A DNA stretch of 64,000 nucleotides from Candidatus Omnitrophota bacterium (GCA_003598135.1 QZKA01000019.1:41690-105689), one strand, 5' to 3'. Positions 10,404 through 19,266 are shown, counted from the stretch's first letter. Translations and numbers: made by a program. Notes: generated by a model from the sequence alone, not told the origin.

Positions 10404-12130
10404 CCTAAAATCTCCTTTATTTTCTGCTCCATAAAAGACTCCACCGCTTTTGCCGTAGATAAACTTAACGCCTCCTTGGCTATTTTTTTTGACTCCTCAA
10501 GCGTGACTGAGCGGATGATATATTTCAACTGAGGGATAGCCAGTGAATTCAAGCTGAATCCATCAAGCCCAAGGCCAAGAAGCATTAAAGAAAAGGTGGC
10601 ATCAGAAGCCATCTCCCCACACATCCCCACCCAGATATTATTGGCGTGCCCTGCCTCGATAATGTTTTTAATCATGCGTAACACTGCCGGATGCGCCGGT
10701 TCGTACAGGTAGGCCACTTTTTCGTTCGTACGGTCTACTGCCAGGGAATACTGAATAAGGTCATTGGTGCCGATGCTGAAAAAGTCGGCTTCTTTTGCCA
10801 ATAAATCCGCAGTTATTGCGGCAGAAGGAACCTCTATCATTACCCCTACTTCGATTGCGTCATTAAAAGCCGTTCCTTCGTTCCTGAGCTCCTCTTTGCA
10901 TTCCTTAAGAATCGAATTTGCCTGATTCAGCTCTTCGATCCCAGAGATCATCGGGTACATAAGCTTTAGTTTTCCGAATGCCGAAGCGCGCAGTATGGCC
11001 CTTAACTGTACCTTAAAGACATCGGGACGAGCAAGGCAAAAACGTATGGCGCGCCAGCCAAGGAATGGTTGCATTTCTTTCGGGATATCAAACTGCGAAA
11101 GAAATTTGTCTCCGCCCAGATCAATCGTACGTATGACGACCCCGTAAGGGTTCATTTGTTCGGCAACATACTTATAGGCCTGAAAATGCTCTTCTTCGGT
11201 AGGTAGGTCTTTTCTGTTCATATAAAAAAACTCGGTGCGGTAAAGCCCGATGCCCTGCCCTCCATGGAGCTTGACTGACGATATATCCTCAGGAAGCTCG
11301 ATGTTTGCTGAGACTTCGACAGTCTTCCCATCAACGGTCACTGCGGGTAAATCCTTAACCGCAAGGAATTTTTCTGAAATCCCTTTAAGCTTTTGCTCCT
11401 CCTGGCGATAGAACGTGAGCGTCTCTTCATCGGGATTTACCGTGACCGTACCCATAGTGCCGTCGACAATCAGTAAGTCGTTATTTTTAATACGGGTCGT
11501 CGCCATTTCTAACCCGACAACCGCCGGAATCTCTAAGGATTTCGCCATAATAGCGGTGTGGGAGGTTTTTCCTCCGATATCGGTAACAAATGCGGATACC
11601 AGTTGTTTATGCATAGCGGCAGTATCCGAAGGAGAAAGATCATGCGCTACCACAATCACTTTCTCTTGTAAGTCCGCCAGGCTCTTCTGTTTCTTACCCA
11701 AAAGGTTACGTAATACCCTCCTGCCCACATCGTTCAAATCAGCGGTACGTTCTTTTAAATAATCGTCTTCTATTTTGGAAAAAACCTCGATATATTTTTT
11801 TAAAACCTCGGAAAAAATAAAAGCAACGCCTACCATCTCCTTCTTCAGCCGCGAAATCACTTCTTCTATAAGCATGCGGTCTTCTAGAACCAAGAGGTGC
11901 GCGTCAAATATCTGGGCTTCTTCCTGCCCCATATCAAAACTGATTCTTTTCTGAAGCTCAAGTATTTCTCTGCGCGTCTGAATTAAGGCCTCTTCAAAAA
12001 GCTGGATCTGTAAGGGAATATCTTCGGGCTTAATCTGCTCGCGGACAATATCAAATTCTTCCTTCCCGAACCTGTACGCAGGGCCAATGGTTATCCCCGG
12101 AGCAGCAGCAATCCCTTTTAGTTTTAGCAT
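10400..12130 (-). CDS. ptsI: phosphoenolpyruvate-protein phosphotransferase (PTS enzyme I)
   Basis: 576 aa; the HPr-binding N-terminus, the phosphohistidine region GGKTSHTAIMAKSLEIPAVVG and a PEP-utilising C-terminal domain. Confidence 0.93.
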   Translation of the reverse strand: MLKLKGIAAAPGITIGPAYRFGKEEFDIVREQIKPEDIPLQIQLFEEALIQTRREILELQKRISFDMGQEEAQIFDAHLLVLEDRMLIEEVISRLKKEMVGVAFIFSEVLKKYIEVFSKIEDDYLKERTADLNDVGRRVLRNLLGKKQKSLADLQEKVIVVAHDLSPSDTAAMHKQLVSAFVTDIGGKTSHTAIMAKSLEIPAVVGLEMATTRIKNNDLLIVDGTMGTVTVNPDEETLTFYRQEEQKLKGISEKFLAVKDLPAVTVDGKTVEVSANIELPEDISSVKLHGGQGIGLYRTEFFYMNRKDLPTEEEHFQAYKYVAEQMNPYGVVIRTIDLGGDKFLSQFDIPKEMQPFLGWRAIRFCLARPDVFKVQLRAILRASAFGKLKLMYPMISGIEELNQANSILKECKEELRNEGTAFNDAIEVGVMIEVPSAAITADLLAKEADFFSIGTNDLIQYSLAVDRTNEKVAYLYEPAHPAVLRMIKNIIEAGHANNIWVGMCGEMASDATFSLMLLGLGLDGFSLNSLAIPQLKYIIRSVTLEESKKIAKEALSLSTAKAVESFMEQKIKEILG

Positions 12131-12131
12131 G

Positions 12132-12395
12132 CTATTCCTCTTGATTAATAATCTTTTCTAATGCTTCCATTGCCAGCTCTGCATCATGGCCTTCGATCTC
12201 GATCATGATCTGACTATCCTGTTCCGCGCCCAGCATCAAAATTCCCATGATAGACTTTCCGTTTACTTCCTCATCGTCTCTTCTGACGGTGATGCGAGAA
12301 TCAAACTTATTCGCAATCTGCACAAAAAGCGCAGCGGGCCGGGCATGCAGACCTTGCTTATTTTTCACTGTTAATTTTTTCTTCACTGTTACCAT
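12132..12395 (-). CDS. ptsH: phosphocarrier protein HPr
   Basis: 87 aa; the active-site region KNKQGLHARPAA (His-15 context). It abuts ptsI. Confidence 0.88.
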   Translation of the reverse strand: MVTVKKKLTVKNKQGLHARPAALFVQIANKFDSRITVRRDDEEVNGKSIMGILMLGAEQDSQIMIEIEGHDAELAMEALEKIINQEE

Positions 12396-12403
12396 TCAGC
12401 GCC

Positions 12404-13672
12404 TCAAAGTTCCTCAATAAATCCCATGATTATTCTTGCAAGCTTCAAAGGGTCGTGCCTAACCACATTATCGGTAATGGAAACTATATCTTCCAAGATA
12501 ACGCGGTATCCCATATTCTCGATACTTTTTCTGTCGCTAAGCACAGGGAGAGCCCCTTCGCTCTCATAGCGCTTGAGTATCGAAGAAGGGATAACGCCGG
12601 TATTGACAATACAATAGTCAAGAACCCTTGGATGGCTGTGTGCAACAAGGTTCTTTACGTGTGCGGAGGCGCTAAAACTATCTGTCTCCCCCGGTTGAGT
12701 CATGATATTACAGACATAGACCTTGGTTGCCTTCGCAGAACCAAGCGCATCCGTTATGTCCTTCACCAAAAGGTTCGGGATAATGCTCGTATACAGAGAT
12801 CCTGGGCCCAAAACGATAATGTCGGCGTCCTCGATAGCCTTAATCGCCTCAGGGGTCGCCTCAGGATGCTCGGGCTTAAGAAACACTCGTTCGATTGAAA
12901 TGCGGGCTTTTGGGATTTTGTCTTCCCCTTCGGTAATCGAGCCGTTTTGGTGTTGCGCAACCAGAATCACGTTATTTAGGGTAGACGGTATTACCTGGCC
13001 GCGCAGGGCTAATACCTTGCTTGTTTCCTTGATCGCCTTTTCGAAATCACCCGTAAGCCTCGTCATGACGGTGATGAAAAGATTCCCGAAGCTGTGACCC
13101 GCAAGCTCAGAGCCTTTTTCAAAACGGAACTGAAACAACTCCCTCATAAGGGTAGAGGCATCTGCCAAGGCGACCAAGCAGTTACGTATATCACCGGGAG
13201 GCAGGATATCAAATTGTTGCCTCAGGCGTCCGGACGACCCGCCGTCATCGGCAACGGTAACGATTGCCGTAATATTAGAGGTGTATTCTTTTAAGCCGCT
13301 TAAAAGCACTGAGAGGCCTGTCCCTCCCCCAACAACAGCGATACGCGCCCCGCGGCCTAACTGCCTTCTCTGGTATAAAATATCAACGAGCACATCCGAT
13401 CTTGAAGACGGCACAATAGCGCCGATTAAGGACTGAGCCATGCGTTTAAAACCCAATATCAAAATTATGATTCCTGACAGTATTACGATTACATCTAAAA
13501 TCTTATTGATGAAGTATTCCTCGGCGTACCTAAAAAACAACGCACCGGTGACGATAAGGATCACCCCCAGAGAACTCAGTCCGATCCATCGTTTAATACC
13601 AATACCAGGAGAAAGCCATTTAAATATGCTCTTTCCTCTCGCAACCAGCATAATAAAGTTAAATTTTTTCAT
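12404..13672 (-). CDS. YvcK/CofD-family protein (gluconeogenesis factor, UPF0052) with an N-terminal membrane extension
   Basis: 422 aa; the first ~90 aa are hydrophobic, then a canonical YvcK core follows (IAVVGGGTGLSVLLSGLK, VADDGGSSGRLR, GPGSLYTSIIPNL). Confidence 0.8.
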   Translation of the reverse strand: MKKFNFIMLVARGKSIFKWLSPGIGIKRWIGLSSLGVILIVTGALFFRYAEEYFINKILDVIVILSGIIILILGFKRMAQSLIGAIVPSSRSDVLVDILYQRRQLGRGARIAVVGGGTGLSVLLSGLKEYTSNITAIVTVADDGGSSGRLRQQFDILPPGDIRNCLVALADASTLMRELFQFRFEKGSELAGHSFGNLFITVMTRLTGDFEKAIKETSKVLALRGQVIPSTLNNVILVAQHQNGSITEGEDKIPKARISIERVFLKPEHPEATPEAIKAIEDADIIVLGPGSLYTSIIPNLLVKDITDALGSAKATKVYVCNIMTQPGETDSFSASAHVKNLVAHSHPRVLDYCIVNTGVIPSSILKRYESEGALPVLSDRKSIENMGYRVILEDIVSITDNVVRHDPLKLARIIMGFIEEL

Positions 13673-14126
13673 CTTCTTGGCTTATGACCTTGATAATACC
13701 TTCCCGGTCCTGGCAAATGCGCAGATTATCTCGAAAATGTTTGTCTTTAAAAAGCCGCGAGATGCGTGCCAGGGCTTTCAAATGCGGGCCGGCGGAATCC
13801 TGGGGTGCAACCAGCAAAAAGAATATATATACGTGCTCTCCGTCAAGAGAATCAAAATCTACCCCCTTGCGCGAGAGCCCGAATGCCCCTACCAGCTTGG
13901 TTATGGATTCAGATTTAGCATGAGGGATAGCGATTCCCTGCCCAATGGCAGTAGAACCAAGGGATTCCCTCTCCATAAGGGCCTCAATAAGCTTATTGCT
14001 ACCGGATTTGTCAATATCCCCAGCCTGTACCAATGCATCCACCAATTCTTTGATTACCTCTTCCTTTTTGGTGGATTTAATATCGGGTAATATTGCCTCT
14101 TTTGATAGAAAATCCATGATTTTCAT
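13659..14126 (-). CDS. ptsN: nitrogen-regulatory PTS enzyme IIA (EIIA-Ntr)
   Basis: The IIA-Ntr phosphorylation region GQGIAIPHAK is present. The start is set at MKIMDF (14126), which has a GGAGAAGG RBS. The longer track ORF that ends at 14189 would run into tRNA-Gly. Confidence 0.8.
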   Translation of the reverse strand: MKIMDFLSKEAILPDIKSTKKEEVIKELVDALVQAGDIDKSGSNKLIEALMERESLGSTAIGQGIAIPHAKSESITKLVGAFGLSRKGVDFDSLDGEHVYIFFLLVAPQDSAGPHLKALARISRLFKDKHFRDNLRICQDREGIIKVISQEDEKI

Positions 14127-14155
14127 ACTACCTTCTCCTTTCCTTCTGTCAGTCA

Positions 14156-14231
<76 letters not shown>

Positions 14232-14393
14232 CATGAATACTTTTAAATTTTTTCCCGCTCAACATCCCAATAGATAAGCCTTGACGCAACGTGAATGATA
14301 ATGTTTTTATATGAGAAAATTTTCTGCGTTTTTCCTCTTACTATTTTTACCCACTCACCCCTTTCCTGTCGCATCATGTTACTTCTACCGACA

Positions 14394-14438
14394 GGGATCC
14401 GTTTCGCACCCTTAAGCTGATTGGAAACGGAGATCCCC
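14394..14438. repeat. Imperfect hairpin element 1: GGGATCCGTTTC-loop-GAAACGGAGATCCC, carrying the GTTTCG...GAAAC core.
   Basis: Seen directly. The core 14401..14428 is GTTTCGCACCCTTAAGCTGATTGGAAAC. A similar hairpin lies at 14474..14515. Confidence 0.5.
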
Positions 14439-14463
14439 GCCCTCTATTCAATTTCATGCATTA

Positions 14464-14515
14464 TGCGGACGGAGGTCCCGTTTCGTACAATCAAGGTGAT
14501 TGAAACGGGAGAACC
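14464..14515. repeat. Degenerate duplicate of the tRNA-Leu 3' end (TGCGGACGGAGG...CCCCCAA), interrupted by hairpin element 2 with core GTTTCGTACAATCAAGGTGATTGAAAC (14480..14506).
   Basis: Residues 14464..14475 are identical to the first 12 nt of the tRNA-Leu copy at 14543..14554. The matching CCCCCAA that follows is displaced by a 37-nt hairpin insert. Confidence 0.5.
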
Positions 14516-14542
14516 CCCAACTGGGTTCAACTCCATGTAAAA

Positions 14543-14626
14543 TGCGGACGGAGGGAGTTGAACCCCCAAGGCATTGCTGCCATTAGGTCCTAAGCCTAAC
14601 GCGTATGCCAGTTCCGCCACGTCCGC
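14543..14626 (-). tRNA. tRNA-Leu (anticodon TAG), type II with a long variable arm
   Basis: The reverse complement is GCGGACGTGGCGGAACTGGCATACGCGTTAGGCTTAGGACCTAATGGCAGCAATGCCTTGGGGGTTCAACTCCCTCCGTCCGCA, with the anticodon loop CTTAGGA. Confidence 0.8.
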
Positions 14627-14628
14627 GT

Positions 14629-14657
14629 CCTTAACCTTAGCCTTAACCTATTATAAT
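14629..14657 (-). promoter_or_regulatory. Putative tRNA-Leu promoter: a TATAAT -10 box (14657..14652) followed at once by the tandem motif AGGTTAAGGCTAAGGTTAAGG (14649..14629), which ends 2 nt before the mature tRNA 5' end.
   Basis: Read in minus orientation: ATTATAAT-AGGTTAAGGCTAAGGTTAAGG-ac-GCGGACG... The same 21-mer, with one substitution, occurs upstream of ahcY. Confidence 0.4.
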
Positions 14658-14815
14658 ACAAGAGCCCTCTATGCGTTGCGCGTTTTGCGTGGCGTACTCG
14701 GCGTTATGCGTTGTACGCCCTACGCTTAACGCAGTACGCATCCTCCTCGCTTAAGCCTGAATAAAGCTTTTGTGTATCGCTCGGAGTAAAATTTTTTACT
14801 GTGTAAAAAATTTTA

Positions 14816-14888
14816 TGAGCCACCCGCGACTCGAACGCGGCACACCCACCTTAAAAGGGTGGTGCTCTACCAGATGAGCTAGTGGCCC
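14816..14888 (-). tRNA. tRNA-Lys (anticodon TTT)
   Basis: The reverse complement is GGGCCACTAGCTCATCTGGTAGAGCACCACCCTTTTAAGGTGGGTGTGCCGCGTTCGAGTCGCGGGTGGCTCA, with the anticodon loop CTTTTAA. Confidence 0.85.
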
Positions 14889-14946
14889 AAATCTATTGAC
14901 CTATATAGTATGAAGCCAGCGAGGGGATTATTATTCTCCGTGGCAA

Positions 14947-15507
14947 TTAAAACTCAAGGATCTCTTTTTCTTTATGCTTCAGCGATTCTTCTACGCTTGC
15001 CGTATAATGATCGACCAGCTTCTGCAAGGCATCTATGCCTTTGAACTTATCGTCTTCCGTAATAACCTTGTCCTTCTCCAGTTTTTCCAATTGTTCCTTT
15101 GCTTCCCGGCGCACTGTTCTCAACGAAACCCTTGCGGCCTCAGCCATCTTGTGTGCCACCTTCACTAATTCCTGACGCCTCTCTTTTGACAACTGCGGCA
15201 CAGATAACCTAATCACCTTGCCGTCATTAGAAGGGGTAATTCCGAGATTCGACTTAAGTATTGCCTTCTCGATATCTGCAATCGCCTGGGGATCCCATGG
15301 CTGTATCGTAACCAGATGGGGGTCAGGGATTGCTATCGAAGCGAGTTGCTTCAGTAAAGTAGGCGTACCATAATAATCAATGTGCAATCCTTCCACAAGG
15401 CTGGGACTTGCCCTGCCGGTCCTGACTTCCGAGAAATCGCGTTTCACAAAATCAATCACCTTCTTCATCTTCTCTTCTGTCGCATGCAATAATTCTTTGA
15501 TAGTCAT
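14947..15507 (-). CDS. frr: ribosome recycling factor
   Basis: 186 aa; RRF family throughout (MKKVIDFVKRDFSEVRTGRASPSLVEGL...). Confidence 0.93.
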   Translation of the reverse strand: MTIKELLHATEEKMKKVIDFVKRDFSEVRTGRASPSLVEGLHIDYYGTPTLLKQLASIAIPDPHLVTIQPWDPQAIADIEKAILKSNLGITPSNDGKVIRLSVPQLSKERRQELVKVAHKMAEAARVSLRTVRREAKEQLEKLEKDKVITEDDKFKGIDALQKLVDHYTASVEESLKHKEKEILEF

Positions 15508-15516
15508 GACTTCCCC

Positions 15517-16245
15517 CTATCCGACAATGGTACCGACGCGTTTACCCATAACAACCCGCTTAATATTGCCCTGCCTATTGATATTAAATACCACTATGGG
15601 AAGCTTGTTATCCATACAAAGGCTTATGGCTGTCGAATCCATAACCTTTAATCTTTTCTTGAGCACATCGATATATTGCAAACGGTCAAATTTCTTTGCG
15701 TTTTTTACTTTCATCGGATCCGCCGAGTAAACACCGTCCACTTTTGTCGCCTTAAGGAGCGCGTCTGCATTGATCTCCATCGCCCGCAATGCAGCTGCCG
15801 TATCCGTCGTAAAATAGGGATTGCCTGTGCCTGCGACAAAAATAACCACCCGCCCTTTTTCAAGGTGCCGTATGGCCCTCCTGCGGATATAGGGCTCTGC
15901 GATCCTCTCCATTTCAATCGCGGTCATCACGCGCGTAGGCATATGCATTTTCTCAAGCACATCCTGCAACGCCATTCCGTTAATCACGGTAGCTAACATC
16001 CCCATATAATCGGCAACAGACCTATCCATCCCCAAGCCTTTCGAAGCAGAATTCTCCTGGCCGCGAAAAATGTTTCCGCCGCCAAGCACTAGCGCTATTT
16101 CAACACCTAGGCCCCTTACTTCTTTGACTTGGCGAGCGATAGAAAGTAATATTGAGTGGTCGATACCGTGGGATTGACTGCCTTGTAGGGCCTCGCCGCT
16201 AAGCTTAAGGATCACTCTCTTGTAGTGGGGACTGATGCGCGTCAT
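15517..16245 (-). CDS. pyrH: UMP kinase
   Basis: 242 aa; [18 protein letters not shown] and other amino-acid-kinase-fold motifs. Confidence 0.93.
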   Translation of the reverse strand: MTRISPHYKRVILKLSGEALQGSQSHGIDHSILLSIARQVKEVRGLGVEIALVLGGGNIFRGQENSASKGLGMDRSVADYMGMLATVINGMALQDVLEKMHMPTRVMTAIEMERIAEPYIRRRAIRHLEKGRVVIFVAGTGNPYFTTDTAAALRAMEINADALLKATKVDGVYSADPMKVKNAKKFDRLQYIDVLKKRLKVMDSTAISLCMDNKLPIVVFNINRQGNIKRVVMGKRVGTIVG

Positions 16246-16769
16246 TAATCGCCAAGCCGGTAGCGGATAAACCTGCGGACAATAATATTTTCGCCAATCT
16301 TAACCACCAGACTCCCTAAATAATCATGTACGGTCATAGAAGAATCTTTTACAAAAGGCTGTTCAAGCAGGCATTTTTCTTTATAGAATGCCTGCTTGTC
16401 CTTCTCTTCCTTAAGAATGTCTGCAGGCACTTCTTCTTTTTTAATATACAGGGGGCTGCATGCGGCTATCTGCATAGCAATATCTTTGGTGAACTGGCAG
16501 AAATCGCTGTTTCTGGCCACAAAATCTGTTTCGCAATTTACTTCCACCAGAACGCCGAGCTTATTGCCGAGGTGTACATATGCCTCAATCCTCCCCTCGT
16601 GCGCCTTATCGTCCTTCTTCTTTGCGGCAAACTCAAGGCCTTTTTTCCTCAAATACTCAAGGGCCTTCTGGATGTTACCGTCGCTTTCCTGAAGCGCTTT
16701 TTTGCAGTCAGTCACGCTGGCAGAACTGCGAGCGCGTAAATCCTTAATCAATTCAAGAGATACCTTCAT
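16245..16769 (-). CDS. tsf: elongation factor Ts (short form)
   Basis: 174 aa; an N-terminal UBA-like region ([38 protein letters not shown]) and an EF-Ts core. Confidence 0.88.
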   Translation of the reverse strand: MKVSLELIKDLRARSSASVTDCKKALQESDGNIQKALEYLRKKGLEFAAKKKDDKAHEGRIEAYVHLGNKLGVLVEVNCETDFVARNSDFCQFTKDIAMQIAACSPLYIKKEEVPADILKEEKDKQAFYKEKCLLEQPFVKDSSMTVHDYLGSLVVKIGENIIVRRFIRYRLGD

Positions 16770-16796
16770 AGCTCGACATTGCCTCCTTCGGAAATA

Positions 16797-17669
16797 TTAT
16801 TCTTTTTTATGAGGCGGTACGGGACGCCCTTTTTTGCCTGGTTTCTGTTCTCCTTGCGGTAACTCATCATTGCCTTCCACTATTTCTTCAAACGCCTTGA
16901 TCTGGGCTATTTCTTCAGGAAGAAGCTCTTCCTGTCTTTGGACTTTTTCCTTTAAAGCCGCACTTCCCTGAGAAAGATAAGAAAGAAACCTCTGTCTGCC
17001 CTCAATCGCGCAATCCGCAATAAAAGAAGTAATCGTTTGAATCGATTTTGTCGCGTCATCATTGCCTGGGATAGGATACGTGATGTGGTCGGGATTAGAG
17101 TTGGTATCGATGAGTCCGATAATAGGTATGGAAAGACGCAGCGCCTCTTTCACTGCCGTCTCCTCCTTCTTGGTGTCAACTACAAACATAGCGCCGGGCA
17201 TACGCTCCATCTGAACGATACCGGAGAAACTTTTCTTGAGTTTACCCAACTCTTTCTCGAGTAAAGCAACTTCTTTCTTGGTGAGGTTATTGAATATCCC
17301 TGTATCCTTCATCTGTTCAATTTGTTTTAAACGGGCAATGCTCTTCTTGACCGTGAAAAAGTTTGTCAGCAACCCTCCAGGCCAACGTTCGCTCACATAA
17401 TACATACCGCACCTACTTGCTTCGTGCTGGATTACCTCCTGGGCCTGCTTTTTTGTCCCCACAAAAAGCATGAGCTCTCCCTTAGAAGTAATATCTAGCA
17501 CAAAATCTTTAGCCTTATGCAGGCACTCCTCTGTTTTTTCCAAATCGATGATGTAGATACCGCTGCGCGAGCTGAAAATGAACTTCTTCATCTTGGGGTT
17601 CCAACGTGAGGTTTTATGCCCAAAATGTACCCCGGATTCCAATAGTTTTTTGATTAATTCTGACGGCAC
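16797..17669 (-). CDS. rpsB: 30S ribosomal protein S2, with a charged C-terminal extension
   Basis: 290 aa; LLESGVHFGHKTSRWNPKM. It heads the classic rpsB-tsf-pyrH-frr operon. Confidence 0.93.
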   Translation of the reverse strand: MPSELIKKLLESGVHFGHKTSRWNPKMKKFIFSSRSGIYIIDLEKTEECLHKAKDFVLDITSKGELMLFVGTKKQAQEVIQHEASRCGMYYVSERWPGGLLTNFFTVKKSIARLKQIEQMKDTGIFNNLTKKEVALLEKELGKLKKSFSGIVQMERMPGAMFVVDTKKEETAVKEALRLSIPIIGLIDTNSNPDHITYPIPGNDDATKSIQTITSFIADCAIEGRQRFLSYLSQGSAALKEKVQRQEELLPEEIAQIKAFEEIVEGNDELPQGEQKPGKKGRPVPPHKKE

Positions 17670-17970
17670 GCCTTACTCCTCCCTGTTAATAGTTAACTCT
17701 TTCATTCACATGCGAATAAAACAATTTAGTATAACACACTATCGCCATTATGCAACTATTTTTATCAATCATTTTTTGCGTTTTTTTATCCTGGCCGCAT
17801 CCTCGGATGTCCTTTTTAAGTCGAAAACACCTAAAGAAGTCTTGCGGCATCTTCGTTATCCTCTATACAGATAAGGCCTTCGATCGGAAATGAACCTTCG
17901 GTAAAGCGGATTGGAATGCTGCGCGGAAAGAAAGAACTTCCTTGCTTCACAGGCCCCTGCTAAGAGCCTC

Positions 17971-18123
17971 TTATTCGTTTTCTTTAACGAATTTCTTGAT
18001 TTCTTCGATATTTTCCAAAATGAGCCTTGCCTTAGAAAGACCGAAGGAAAAAGGGTACCTGTCCTGTTCGTTTCTCCTTAGGATAATCACAGGTTTCCCC
18101 TGGAATTCGCTTCTTTCAACCAT
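17971..18123 (-). CDS. small hypothetical protein of 50 aa
   Basis: My own translation is MVERSEFQGKPVIILRRNEQDRYPFSFGLSKARLILENIEEIKKFVKENE. It has a strong GGAGG RBS 6 nt upstream of the ATG. It is below the ORF-track size cut-off. Confidence 0.3.
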   Translation of the reverse strand: MVERSEFQGKPVIILRRNEQDRYPFSFGLSKARLILENIEEIKKFVKENE

Positions 18124-18198
18124 TAAAGGCCTCCTTATGGTTTTGCGTCTCTTTTACGCGCGCATCTACCTTTTATGTATTATAGCATAGAAATAATT

Positions 18199-18597
18199 TT
18201 ATTCAATTTCAAGTAGCTTCCCGCGGGACCTCTTCTTCTTAGAATGCCTGCGTTTTGATTCAACCAGCAATAGCCTCAGGCGTTCTGGTCTTCTCCAGCG
18301 AGCCTTTTTTTCTTTTGTCCGCTCGGCAAGCTGACGCATCTCTTGCGCACGAAACCGCTGTTTGATCTTTTTAATAAGCACTTCCCAGGCAATCATCCGA
18401 TTCAACGACTGGGAGCGCTCCCTCTGACACCTCACCTCAGTGCCCGTAGGAATATGCCGCAACCATACACACGTTGAGGTCTTATTGACATTCTGGCCGC
18501 CAGGGCCGCGTGAACGAACGAACCGCTCCTCTACGTCTTCTGGACGAATCTTTAGATACTCCATTTCTTTCTTAAAAAACATCCTCTTCTTTCCCAA
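18199..18597 (-). CDS. arfB: alternative ribosome-rescue factor ArfB (peptidyl-tRNA hydrolase with a GGQ motif; YaeJ/ICT1 family)
   Basis: RSRGPGGQNVNKTSTCV plus a basic C-terminal tail. The true start is probably the internal MEYLKI, about 11 codons downstream. Confidence 0.75.
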   Translation of the reverse strand: MGKKRMFFKKEMEYLKIRPEDVEERFVRSRGPGGQNVNKTSTCVWLRHIPTGTEVRCQRERSQSLNRMIAWEVLIKKIKQRFRAQEMRQLAERTKEKKARWRRPERLRLLLVESKRRHSKKKRSRGKLLEIE

Positions 18598-18662
18598 TCT
18601 CTTTCCCTTTGAAAACCGGCGTACGGGTTAATAAAAAACGACTCCCCCCAACGGCAGCTACC

Positions 18663-19232
18663 TCATTGCCTTTGCACCATCCCGCTCATAGAGGGCATCT
18701 TTAGTTCTTTATACTCAGGGGGTATCTCAAATAACGATTCGGGCTGTTTCTCTGTAGTAATATTCCTGTATTCGGTTGACCAGCTTGCGTCTTCGGCAAC
18801 GGTCTTCACCGGCATCCCTATGCCCGGCACAAACCAAACAAGCATAACGTATTGCTTGCCTGCGGACTCATAGGTTATCCTATATTTCTCTGCAGACTTT
18901 CCATCCACTTCATCTTTACCCTCAAAGGTGCGCGAAACCTCTCCGGGGTATTTCTGCTGCATTCCCATAATCCGAGATAGATCCAAAGGCTGTTCCACGT
19001 ACATCCGCTCATCGGGAAGGAGAATCCAGGCTTTCCCGAGATCCATGCGGGCAATAATAACATTTCCCTGATTCTCTATCCTCATCTTATTAGGCGCAGA
19101 ACATATCCTCCCCTGTATTTGCACCCCCTGAGTCACCGTAAAAGTTTCTGCGCAGAATTCTTCTGCGAAAATTACCGAAGACATAGATAGCAAGAGCACC
19201 ATAGCGAAAAGCGTACGTATCGTCATCTGCAT
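18663..19232 (-). CDS. secreted hypothetical protein (signal peptide, possibly a LolA/DUF4412-like fold)
   Basis: The start is set at MQMTIRTLFAMVLLLSMSSVIFA (19232), which has an AGGAGG RBS. A cleavable signal peptide is present; no catalytic motif is recognised. Confidence 0.5.
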   Translation of the reverse strand: MQMTIRTLFAMVLLLSMSSVIFAEEFCAETFTVTQGVQIQGRICSAPNKMRIENQGNVIIARMDLGKAWILLPDERMYVEQPLDLSRIMGMQQKYPGEVSRTFEGKDEVDGKSAEKYRITYESAGKQYVMLVWFVPGIGMPVKTVAEDASWSTEYRNITTEKQPESLFEIPPEYKELKMPSMSGMVQRQ

Positions 19233-19266
19233 TTTCTTCCTACCTCCTGTTTTCTCCGCGCGCATC

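Noticed and set aside
13440-14090. 216-aa plus-strand ORF and other long plus-strand ORFs (e.g. 748..1155, 12455..12898, 15380..15730, 36765..37301, 53626..54084)
   Set aside because: All lie antisense to strongly supported conserved minus-strand genes (yvcK/ptsN, ilvB, frr/pyrH, trpD, rnhB). They lack RBSs and recognisable motifs and are read as shadow ORFs.
14401-14506. Possible CRISPR array, because of the GTTTC...GAAAC repeat termini
   Set aside because: There are only two copies at about 71% identity, with a 51-nt interval containing tRNA-like sequence and no cas genes anywhere in the window. Treated instead as hairpin or att-site remnant repeats.
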